A DNA stretch of 35,542 bases, taken from IMG/VR virus record IMGVR_UViG_2667528074_000007. The stretch is one strand, 5' to 3'. Made by a program: the position numbers and the translations under genes. This stretch comes from a virus. Taxonomy: Duplodnaviria > Heunggongvirae > Uroviricota > Caudoviricetes. Each line of letters starts with the position of its first letter. Position 1 is the first letter of the stretch. Under the pieces are notes generated by a model. That model did no database searches. It worked only from the letters and a program-made list of their open reading frames with translations, and was not told the origin of the DNA. Of the stretch, positions 28,374 through 35,542 are shown in pieces.

Positions 28374-29048
28374 ATGAAAACAATCCATGACATCCGGCGG
28401 TCTAACGCCAGAAAACTGAGAGATGGTGTTGGCGGGAATTCTTCCTTTGCCACTATGATTGATCGCGAGCCAACCCAGACCAGCAGGTTTATGGGAGATG
28501 GTGCTACTAAAAATATCGGTGACAGCATGGCACGACACATCGAAAAATGTTTCGACCTGCCTGTCGGATGGCTCGATCAAGAACACCAGACAACGAACAT
28601 CACAAAAAAACCTGATGTTTCAATCACTAATAAACAAATCACATTAGTCCCTGTCATATCATGGGTACAGGCCGGAGCATGGAAAGAAGTTGGATATTCT
28701 GAGGTTGATTTGAGCACAGCAGAAACGTATCCCTGCCCTGTACCCTGTGGGGAAATGACTTATATCTTGCGGGTGATAGGTGATTCAATGATTGATGAGT
28801 ACCGCCCGGGAGACATGATTTTTGTCGATCCTGAAGTACCTGCCTGCCACGGTGACGACGTTATTGCATTGATGCACGATACAGGCGAAACCACCTTCAA
28901 AAGGTTGATAGAAGATGGGACACAGCGTTATCTCAAAGCGTTAAACCCAAACTGGCCTGAGCCTTACATTAAGATCAACGGTAATTGCTCTATAATTGGT
29001 ACAGTGATTTTCTCAGGAAAACCAAGAAGATACAAAATCAAAGCCTAA
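28374..29048 (+). CDS. cI: CI-type prophage repressor (HTH plus S24 LexA-like autopeptidase domain)
   Basis: 224-aa ORF divergent from cro; N-terminal HTH region and C-terminal VIGDSMIDEYRPGDMIFVDPE with downstream Lys, typical of S24 Ser-Lys dyad repressors. Confidence 0.85.
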   Translation: MKTIHDIRRSNARKLRDGVGGNSSFATMIDREPTQTSRFMGDGATKNIGDSMARHIEKCFDLPVGWLDQEHQTTNITKKPDVSITNKQITLVPVISWVQAGAWKEVGYSEVDLSTAETYPCPVPCGEMTYILRVIGDSMIDEYRPGDMIFVDPEVPACHGDDVIALMHDTGETTFKRLIEDGTQRYLKALNPNWPEPYIKINGNCSIIGTVIFSGKPRRYKIKA

Positions 29049-29060
29049 TCAATGTTTATG

Positions 29061-29083
29061 AACCTGCTTCGGCAGGTTTTTTT
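29061..29083 (+). terminator. Rho-independent terminator after cI
   Basis: AACCTGC-TTCG-GCAGGTT followed by TTTTTTAT, 13 nt after the cI stop. Confidence 0.55.
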
Positions 29084-29087
29084 ATAC

Positions 29088-29115
29088 TTGACAATGTACC
29101 TTTTAGATACATAAT
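29088..29115 (+). promoter_or_regulatory. pL-like early promoter with operator-like TGTAC motifs
   Basis: TTGACA (29088..29093), 16-bp spacer, CATAAT (29110..29115); spacer contains the imperfect palindrome ATGTACCTTTTAGATACAT (29094..29112), and a second TGTAC lies at 29115..29119. Confidence 0.45.
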
Positions 29116-29241
29116 GTACCCAAGCGAAACAACGAACAGGCAGGACGCCCACGAAGTAGCCGCCTGGGGCATATGAAGTCCAGGATGATTCGTTGAGTCA
29201 TGTTGTGCCACTATGCACTCATGTTAAAGCAGGTGTATGAA

Positions 29242-29517
29242 ATGAAAGTCCAGATTTTAAACAATAACTGTGAAGTCGTTTGGTCATACGACATAGCCGC
29301 CCCTGTAGATCAGAGCGGCGATAGCTGGACCAATGGGAAACATCAGATTATGGCTGGAGTTGTGTTCTCTTTACGCCGTGCTTTGGAACAGGCTGAAGTA
29401 TTTCCATCAGACCCTGAATGGAAATGGCCTTTTTCTATTTGTCCAAATTCGGAGAGCACATTTCAGAAAATTGGTCAGAAAGTCGCACTCGAAGAGCATC
29501 AGCCAACTGTTTCCTGA
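29242..29517 (+). CDS. Hypothetical first gene of the leftward (pL-like) operon
   Basis: Start moved to internal ATG at 29242 (MKVQILNNNCEVVW...) with AGGTG 7 nt upstream; ORF track begins at 29200. Confidence 0.4.
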   Translation: MKVQILNNNCEVVWSYDIAAPVDQSGDSWTNGKHQIMAGVVFSLRRALEQAEVFPSDPEWKWPFSICPNSESTFQKIGQKVALEEHQPTVS

Positions 29518-29680
29518 TTTTTTCAGGTAACTCGTCGGCATCGCAGAAACAACAACGCTCGATCATGTTGAAAGCCGATTCGTAGAACTGTTTCTGCTGA
29601 GTGTCGCTGAGACAGGAAAAGAGCGACGTTACGATGATTTTATTAATTGCATTATCAAGTTCTTTTTCATCAAAAGTCAT
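29435..29680 (-). CDS. Hypothetical small protein, convergent with and overlapping the 29242..29517 gene
   Basis: 81-aa ORF with AAGGA 8 nt upstream of its ATG; AT-rich; contains CCFCDADE. Confidence 0.4.
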   Translation of the reverse strand: MTFDEKELDNAINKIIVTSLFSCLSDTQQKQFYESAFNMIERCCFCDADELPEKIRKQLADALRVRLSDQFSEMCSPNLDK

Positions 29681-30119
29681 TTGATTTTCCTTTTATGTAT
29701 ACGGGCTTAAAAGGATACCACCGAGCCTGAAGTGGTGAAAAGACAGGCACATAACAGCTAAGTATTTTCAACCAAAGAGAATCCTTAGCGTTGTGGTGAA
29801 TGCGGCTCAGCGCACGCGGGTTAAGGTTGAGGCTGACAGTCGACCTTCTGTGGATACCCACCCGTCTGGTGTGCAACCTTCGCCAGGCACCGGGAGGCAC
29901 CCGGCACCACAACTTTATGCTGTGTGTAGTCCTGGCGGTACCAGTTTGTACCCTTGCTTCCGGCTGGTACCCCGTCCTTTTTACAAAACAGAGAAGAGCA
30001 TCACCGGACGACGGGCTCATAACCCAATCCATCCGGGCGGCTGCTACCGCAGGTGTTCTTCTCTGTTTTGTGGAGAAACTAATCGGCCTTGCAGGGTCGA
30101 TATGATGAGGAGCAGCAAA

Positions 30120-30482
30120 ATGGCTAGCGAACGCAGTACTGATGTGCAGGCATTTATCGGGGAGCTGGACGGCGGCGTATTTGAAACCAAAATCGGCGCA
30201 GTTCTCAGTGAAGTCGCTTCCGGTGTGATGAACACGAAAACCAAAGGTAAGGTCTCACTCAACCTGGAAATCGAACCATTTGATGAGAACCGTGTGAAAA
30301 TCAAACACAAACTCTCATATGTTCGCCCGACTAACCGCGGGAAAATTTCCGAAGAAGACACCACCGAAACGCCGATGTATGTCAATCGCGGTGGTCGCCT
30401 GACTATTCTGCAGGAAGACCAGGGACAATTACTGACTCTTGCCGGTGAACCTGACGGAAAACTCCGCGCAGCAGGTCATTAA
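30120..30482 (+). CDS. Hypothetical protein, YfdP-like (120 aa)
   Basis: Start placed at MASERSTDV, rejecting the track's upstream extension from 29793, which reads as GC-rich non-coding sequence. Length and position match the CPS-53 yfdP-yfdT block as recalled. Confidence 0.5.
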   Translation: MASERSTDVQAFIGELDGGVFETKIGAVLSEVASGVMNTKTKGKVSLNLEIEPFDENRVKIKHKLSYVRPTNRGKISEEDTTETPMYVNRGGRLTILQEDQGQLLTLAGEPDGKLRAAGH

Positions 30483-30547
30483 TATCGTTCTTAATTAACT
30501 GATTATTTATCTCATCACTGAATATCTTTATATAGTGAGGACTTATT

Positions 30548-31372
30548 ATGTCTCAGAACTTAGACGCAACCGCAATTAATCAAATCCATGCCCTTATTTC
30601 TGCTCAGGGTGTTAATGAAATTATCAGTAAGATTGGTGCCGATGCTGTGGCATTGCCTGAGAATTTCCGCATTCATGATCTGGAAAAATTTAATTTAAAT
30701 CGCTTCCGTTTCCGTGGTGCGCTTTCCACTGCCAGCATCGATGACTTTACCCGTTATTCTAAAGATCTTGCAGATGAAGGCACCCGCTGCTTTATCGATG
30801 CTGATAATATGCGTGCCGTCAGTGTGCTTAACCTGGGTACTATTGATGAACCAGGTCACGCAGATAACACCGCCACTCTCAAACTGAAAAAGACAGCACC
30901 GTTCTCTGCTCTGTTGTCTGTTAATGGCGAGCGTAACTCCCAGAAATCACTGGCAGAATGGATTGAAGACTGGGCCGACTACCTTGTGGGCTTTGATGCT
31001 AATGGTGACACCATTCAGGCAACAAAAGCGGCTGCGGCGGTCCGTAAAATCACGATTGAAGCAAACCAGACCGCTGATTTTGAAGATAATGACTTCAGCG
31101 GCAAACGCTCCCTGATGGAGTCTGTCGAAGCGAAGACCAAAGACATTATGCCAGTGGCATTTGAATTTAAATGCATTCCGTTTGAAGGTCTGAAAGAACG
31201 TCCGTTTAAATTACGCCTCAGCATTATCACTGGCGATCGTCCGGTACTGGTTCTGCGCATTATTCAGCTGGAGGCGGTGCAGGAAGAAATGGCTAACGAA
31301 TTTCGTGATCTGCTTGTTGAGAAATTCAAGGACAGCAAAGTAGAAACCTTTATTGGTACTTTCACCGCCTGA
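30548..31372 (+). CDS. DUF2303-type protein, YfdQ-like (274 aa)
   Basis: 274-aa ORF, same length and position as E. coli CPS-53 YfdQ as recalled; assignment is from memory. Confidence 0.6.
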   Translation: MSQNLDATAINQIHALISAQGVNEIISKIGADAVALPENFRIHDLEKFNLNRFRFRGALSTASIDDFTRYSKDLADEGTRCFIDADNMRAVSVLNLGTIDEPGHADNTATLKLKKTAPFSALLSVNGERNSQKSLAEWIEDWADYLVGFDANGDTIQATKAAAAVRKITIEANQTADFEDNDFSGKRSLMESVEAKTKDIMPVAFEFKCIPFEGLKERPFKLRLSIITGDRPVLVLRIIQLEAVQEEMANEFRDLLVEKFKDSKVETFIGTFTA

Positions 31373-31384
31373 TTTCATTACTGC

Positions 31385-31406
31385 AAATGCCCCTGCGGGG
31401 GCATTT
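31385..31406 (+). terminator. Hairpin after the YfdQ-like gene (weak terminator or processing site)
   Basis: AAATGCCCC-TGCG-GGGGCATTT, 9-bp stem 13 nt after the stop; only a short T run follows. Confidence 0.35.
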
Positions 31407-31499
31407 ATGGAAACGTAATTTACTCAATAATCGCCGGATGGTGAGGGATTCTTTTTACCAGAATTCAGCGCGGTGCAGCGCATATACGTGGAGAACAAA

Positions 31500-32036
31500 A
31501 TGTCATTTATTAAAACTTTTTCCGGGAAGCATTTTTATTATGACAGGATAAATAAAGACGACATCGATATTAACGATATCGCGGTTTCCCTTTCAAATAT
31601 CTGTCGCTTTGCCGGTCATCTTTCGCACTTCTACAGCGTCGCCCAACATGCGGTTCTTTGCAGCCAGCTGGTGCCGCAGGAATTTGCTTTTGAAGCGTTA
31701 ATGCATGATGCAACAGAAGCGTATTGCCAGGACATTCCCGCACCACTGAAACGCCTTCTTCCTGACTATAAACGGATGGAAGAAAAAATAGACGCCGTAA
31801 TCCGTGAGAAATACGGGTTACCCCCGGTTATGAGCACGCCCGTGAAATATGCCGATCTCATCATGCTGGCAACTGAACGCCGCGATCTCGGGCTTGATGA
31901 TGGCTCTTTCTGGCCTGTACTGGAAGGTATCCCGGCAACAGATATGTTCAAAGTTATTCCACTGGCACCGGGCCATGCCTATGGGATGTTTATGGAACGT
32001 TTAAACGAGTTATCGGAGTTACGCAAATGCGCATGA
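31500..32036 (+). CDS. HD-domain phosphohydrolase, YfdR-like (178 aa)
   Basis: Start at MSFIKTF with GGAG 7 nt upstream; contains H...H and MHDATEAY, consistent with an HD metal-dependent hydrolase. Confidence 0.7.
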   Translation: MSFIKTFSGKHFYYDRINKDDIDINDIAVSLSNICRFAGHLSHFYSVAQHAVLCSQLVPQEFAFEALMHDATEAYCQDIPAPLKRLLPDYKRMEEKIDAVIREKYGLPPVMSTPVKYADLIMLATERRDLGLDDGSFWPVLEGIPATDMFKVIPLAPGHAYGMFMERLNELSELRKCA

Positions 32037-32389
32037 ATGTTTTCGAAATGGAAGGGTTTCTTCGCGGGAAATGTGTACCGCGAGATCTGAAAGTGAACGA
32101 AACAAATGCTGAGTACCTGGTACGTAAATTCGACGCGCTTGAAGCTAAATGTGCAGCACTGGAAAACAAAATAATACCAGTGTCAGCTGAACTGCCACCA
32201 GCAAATGAAAGTGTTCTGTTATTTGATGCTAACGGAGAAGGCTGGCTGATTGGCTGGCGTTCTCTCTGGTACACCTGGGGACAAAAAGAAACCGGAGAAT
32301 GGCAGTGGACATTTCAGGTCGGGGACCTTGAAAACGTCAATATCACTCACTGGGCAGTAATGCCAAAAGCACCGGAGGCTGGAGCATAA
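32027..32389 (+). CDS. Hypothetical protein, YfdS-like (120 aa)
   Basis: 120-aa ORF overlapping both neighbours in the early operon. Confidence 0.5.
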   Translation: MRMNVFEMEGFLRGKCVPRDLKVNETNAEYLVRKFDALEAKCAALENKIIPVSAELPPANESVLLFDANGEGWLIGWRSLWYTWGQKETGEWQWTFQVGDLENVNITHWAVMPKAPEAGA

Positions 32390-32694
32390 TGACCACTTTT
32401 ACCGACAAAGAACTGATTAAAGAAATTAAAGAGCGTATCAGCAGCCTTGACGTGCGAGACGATATTGAGCGCCGTGCTTATGAAATCGCACTCCTATCTC
32501 TGGAAGTAGAACCAGATGAACGCGAAGCTTATGAATTATTCATGGAAAAGCGTTTCGGTGACTTAGTAGATCGTCGGAGAGCAAAAAACGGCGATAACGA
32601 ATACATGGCATGGGATATGACTCTCGGTTGGATCGTCTGGCAGCAACGAGCTGGTATCCATTTTTCAACAATGTCACAGCAAGAGGTGAAATAA
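32389..32694 (+). CDS. Hypothetical protein, YfdT-like (101 aa)
   Basis: 101-aa ORF with ATGA overlap with the upstream gene; stop overlaps the xis ATG. Confidence 0.5.
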   Translation: MTTFTDKELIKEIKERISSLDVRDDIERRAYEIALLSLEVEPDEREAYELFMEKRFGDLVDRRRAKNGDNEYMAWDMTLGWIVWQQRAGIHFSTMSQQEVK

Positions 32695-33044
32695 TGGAGC
32701 CATACAGCCTCACACTCGATGAGGCCTGTCATTTTCTCAAGATATCCAGACCGACTGCCATTAACTGGATACGCACAGGGCGTCTTCAGGCAACACGCAA
32801 AGATCCCACTAAGAATAAATCTCCTTACCTCACAACACGACAAGCCTGCATTGCGGCTCTTCAGTCTCCGCTGCATACTGTCCAGGTGAGCGCGGGTGAT
32901 GGCATAACAGAGGAAAGAAAATGTCACTCTTCCGCAGAGGTGAAATATGGTACGCCAGTTTCACATTGCCGAACGGTAAAAGATTTAAACAGTCTCTTGG
33001 AACAAAGGACAAAAGGCAGGCGACAGAACTCCATGACAAGCTAA
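32694..33044 (+). CDS. Excisionase-like HTH protein (xis)
   Basis: ATG at 32694 with GAGGTG upstream; [35 protein letters not shown] reads as an excisionase-type HTH; frame overlaps int by about 41 codons. Confidence 0.5.
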   Translation: MEPYSLTLDEACHFLKISRPTAINWIRTGRLQATRKDPTKNKSPYLTTRQACIAALQSPLHTVQVSAGDGITEERKCHSSAEVKYGTPVSHCRTVKDLNSLLEQRTKGRRQNSMTS

Positions 33045-34084
33045 AGGCTGAAGCATGGCGGGTCAGCAAACTTGGTGAAATACCTGATATAACGTTCGAG
33101 GAAGCGTGTGTCAGGTGGCTTGAAGAGAAAGCACATAAAAAATCACTGGACGATGACAAAAGCCGGATCGGATTCTGGCTTCAACATTTCGCAGGAATGC
33201 AACTAAGAGACATTACTGAATCAAAAATTTATTCAGCAATGCAGAAAATGACGAACCGGCGTCATGAGGAAAACTGGAGACTCAGGGCAGAAGCATGCAG
33301 AAAAAAAGGGAAACCTGTTCCAGAATACACGCCAAAACCAGCGTCCGTTGCAACGAAGGCTACGCATCTTTCATTTATAAAGGCCCTACTAAGAGCCGCA
33401 GAGCGTGAATGGAAAATGCTGGATAAGGCACCAATTATTAAAGTGCCTCAACCAAAGAATAAACGGATCCGCTGGCTGGAGCCCCATGAAGCACAAAGGC
33501 TGATTGATGAATGTCCGGAGCCATTAAAGTCTGTTGTTGAATTTGCACTGGCAACAGGCTTAAGACGCTCGAACATCATCAACCTTGAATGGCAACAAAT
33601 AGACATGCAGCGCCGGGTGGCATGGATAAACCCGGAAGAGAGTAAATCAAACCGCGCAATTGGCGTTGCGCTGAATGATACTGCATGTCGCGTATTGAAA
33701 AAACAAATCGGGAATCATCACCGTTGGGTATTTGTGTACAAGGAAAGCTGTACCAAACCAGACGGAACGAAAGCGCCAACAGTAAGGAAGATGCGGTATG
33801 ACGCAAACACAGCCTGGAAAGCGGCGCTGAGACGGGCTGGTATTGATGATTTCAGATTTCACGACTTGAGACACACCTGGGCAAGTTGGCTGGTTCAAGC
33901 CGGAGTGCCGTTGTCAGTGTTACAGGAAATGGGAGGCTGGGAGTCTATCGAAATGGTTCGTCGATATGCTCACCTTGCACCTAATCACCTTACCGAACAC
34001 GCACGGCAAATAGACTCGATCCTGAACCCATCGGTCCCAAATTTGTCCCAGTCAAAAAATAAGGAAGGTACTAATGATGTGTAA
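32921..34084 (+). CDS. int: Tyrosine integrase
   Basis: 387-aa ORF; N-terminus [34 protein letters not shown] and C-terminal [39 protein letters not shown] (R/H-x-x-R/Y catalytic motifs); adjacent to a tRNA. Confidence 0.9.
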   Translation: MSLFRRGEIWYASFTLPNGKRFKQSLGTKDKRQATELHDKLKAEAWRVSKLGEIPDITFEEACVRWLEEKAHKKSLDDDKSRIGFWLQHFAGMQLRDITESKIYSAMQKMTNRRHEENWRLRAEACRKKGKPVPEYTPKPASVATKATHLSFIKALLRAAEREWKMLDKAPIIKVPQPKNKRIRWLEPHEAQRLIDECPEPLKSVVEFALATGLRRSNIINLEWQQIDMQRRVAWINPEESKSNRAIGVALNDTACRVLKKQIGNHHRWVFVYKESCTKPDGTKAPTVRKMRYDANTAWKAALRRAGIDDFRFHDLRHTWASWLVQAGVPLSVLQEMGGWESIEMVRRYAHLAPNHLTEHARQIDSILNPSVPNLSQSKNKEGTNDV

Positions 34085-34098
34085 CTTATTGATTTAAA

Positions 34099-34174
34099 TG
34101 GTGCCGATAATAGGAGTCGAACCTACGACCTTCGCATTACGAATGCGCTGCTCTACCAACTGAGCTATATCGGC
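34099..34174 (-). tRNA. thrW: tRNA-Thr (anticodon CGU)
   Basis: Reverse complement reads GCCGATATAGCTCAGTTGGTAGAGCAGCGCATTCGTAATGCGAAGGTCGTAGGTTCGACTCCTATTATCGGCACCA: 76 nt, cloverleaf with CGT anticodon and encoded CCA. Confidence 0.9.
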
Positions 34175-34288
34175 CCTGAAAGGACATGTTCACGAACGTG
34201 AATCACGGTGGACAAGGTTAAAACTAACCGGGCGATGCGTCAATGGCCTTGTGAATCAAATGGCTACTTTTGCATCACCCGGTTTTAT

Positions 34289-35542
34289 TTACGCACGAAT
34301 GGTGTAATCACCAATGCCGATCCACTTGTAAGTGGTCAGTGCTTCCAGCCCCATTGGGCCACGCGCGTGGAGTTTTTGTGTGCTTACCGCCACTTCCGCA
34401 CCCAGACCAAACTGGCCGCCGTCGGTAAAACGCGTAGAGGCGTTAACGTAAACAGCGGACGAATCCACTTCGTTAACAAAACGCTGGGCGTTGCGCATAT
34501 CGCGGGTCAGGATCGCATCGGAGTGTTGTGTGCCGTGTTCACGAATATGGGCGATGGCATCGTCAAGATCGCTGACGATTTTGACGTTCAAATCTAATGA
34601 CAGAAACTCATCGTCATACTCTTCGGCTTTAACAGCAACCACCTTCGCAGGGCCTGCCTGCAACTGCGCCAGTGCAGCTGCATCTGCGTGTAATGTCACG
34701 CCGCTTTCCGCCATTTGTTTGCTTAATGCGGGCAGGAAGCTATCGGCGATGTTTTTATTCACCAGCAACGTTTCAACCGTATTACATGTGCTCGGACGCT
34801 GAGTTTTCGCGTTGACGATCACTTTTAATGCTTCAGCGATCTCTACACTTTCATCAACGTAAATATGGCATACGCCTATACCACCTGTGATCACCGGGAT
34901 TGTCGACTGTTCACGGCACAGTTTATGCAAACCAGCGCCACCACGCGGGATCAGCATGTCGATGTATTTATCCATACGCAGCATTTCACTGACCAGCGCA
35001 CGGTCAGGATTATCAATCGCCTGCACGGCACCCGCCGGTAAGCCGCAGGATTTCAGGGCGTCCTGAATCACCGCCACCGTTGCAGCGTTAGTGCGACACG
35101 TTTCTTTGCCACCGCGCAGGATCACCGCATTACCGGTTTTCAGGCACAGCGAAGCGACATCAACCGTCACGTTCGGGCGCGCTTCATAAATCACGCCAAT
35201 AACCCCCAGCGGTACGCGACGACGCTCAAGACGCAGGCCGCTGTCCAGTACGCTGCCATCGATTACCTGCCCCACCGGATCGGCGAGGTTACACACCTGG
35301 CGCACATCATCGGCAATGCCTTTCAGCCGTGCGGGCGTCAGTGCCAGACGGTCAAGCATCGCTTCGCCAAGGCCATTGGCACGCGCGTCAGCAACATCCT
35401 GGGCGTTAGCGTTGAGGATGATTTCGCTTTGTGCTTCCAGTTCATCGGCGATTTTTTCCAGCACGCGATTTTTTTCGCGGCTGGAGAGTTGCGCTAATTT
35501 ATACGAGGCTTGCTTCGCGGCAATGCCCATTTGTTCCAGCAT
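34289..35542 (-). CDS. proA: Gamma-glutamyl phosphate reductase
   Basis: 417-aa ORF starting [38 protein letters not shown], recognised as E. coli ProA; the start codon lies at the last three bases of the window. Confidence 0.95.
   Translation of the reverse strand: MLEQMGIAAKQASYKLAQLSSREKNRVLEKIADELEAQSEIILNANAQDVADARANGLGEAMLDRLALTPARLKGIADDVRQVCNLADPVGQVIDGSVLDSGLRLERRRVPLGVIGVIYEARPNVTVDVASLCLKTGNAVILRGGKETCRTNAATVAVIQDALKSCGLPAGAVQAIDNPDRALVSEMLRMDKYIDMLIPRGGAGLHKLCREQSTIPVITGGIGVCHIYVDESVEIAEALKVIVNAKTQRPSTCNTVETLLVNKNIADSFLPALSKQMAESGVTLHADAAALAQLQAGPAKVVAVKAEEYDDEFLSLDLNVKIVSDLDDAIAHIREHGTQHSDAILTRDMRNAQRFVNEVDSSAVYVNASTRFTDGGQFGLGAEVAVSTQKLHARGPMGLEALTTYKWIGIGDYTIRA

Larger units (their letters stand above)
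1..34098 (-). mobile_element. Lambdoid prophage, HK97-like head with Mu-like contractile tail; left end lies outside the window, right end abuts tRNA-Thr
   Basis: Contiguous phage modules in canonical order from partial tail fiber to integrase; integrase stop is 14 bp from the tRNA 3' end. Confidence 0.85.

Noticed and set aside
28083-28586. 167-aa ORF as the full-length cro product
   Set aside because: The upstream 100 codons would read through both operator palindromes and overlap the cI start; the 66-aa start at 28283 has a GGAGG ribosome-binding site and typical Cro size.
29793-30119. N-terminal extension making the YfdP-like ORF 229 aa
   Set aside because: The extension is Pro/Gly/Arg-rich with no gene-like features and coincides with strongly structured GC-rich DNA; the 120-aa start at 30120 is preferred.
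29681-30119. Retron-like ncRNA (flanking inverted repeats around a structured core)
   Set aside because: No reverse transcriptase gene (no long ORF with a YADD-type motif) anywhere nearby; the downstream genes are Yfd-like proteins.

Overview
The window is a near-complete lambdoid prophage (about 34.1 kb, running off the left edge) integrated at the 3' end of tRNA-Thr (thrW-like), followed by host proA on the minus strand at the right edge. All calls are by eye from the sequence and the ORF track; no database search was run. Late genes run on the minus strand and form a hybrid virion module: lambda-like lysis cassette (S holin, near-lambda R endolysin, Rz/Rz1), HNH endonuclease, P27-type small and large terminase, HK97-type portal/protease/capsid, then a Mu-like contractile tail (sheath, tube, frameshifted chaperone, tape measure, DNA circulation protein, baseplate) ending in a partial tail fiber. 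The right half holds Q, DUF968, KilA-N, RusA, a LexA-DNA-binding-domain-only protein, a Dam-like methylase, an O-like initiator with internal iterons, CII-like, cro, cI, and a plus-strand early operon (CPS-53 YfdP/Q/R/S/T-like by length and order) ending in xis and int. The best candidate for an undescribed system is an AT-rich, opposite-strand cassette between Q and the holin (20677..22133): a 427-aa protein whose N-terminus reads like an HslV/proteasome-type Ntn-hydrolase, plus a 49-aa ORF, closed by a strong bidirectional terminator. Two other AT-rich insertions (5357..5887 in the tail cluster; 18376..19046 between lysis and packaging genes) and a GC-rich structured non-coding leader (29681..30119) also deserve follow-up.
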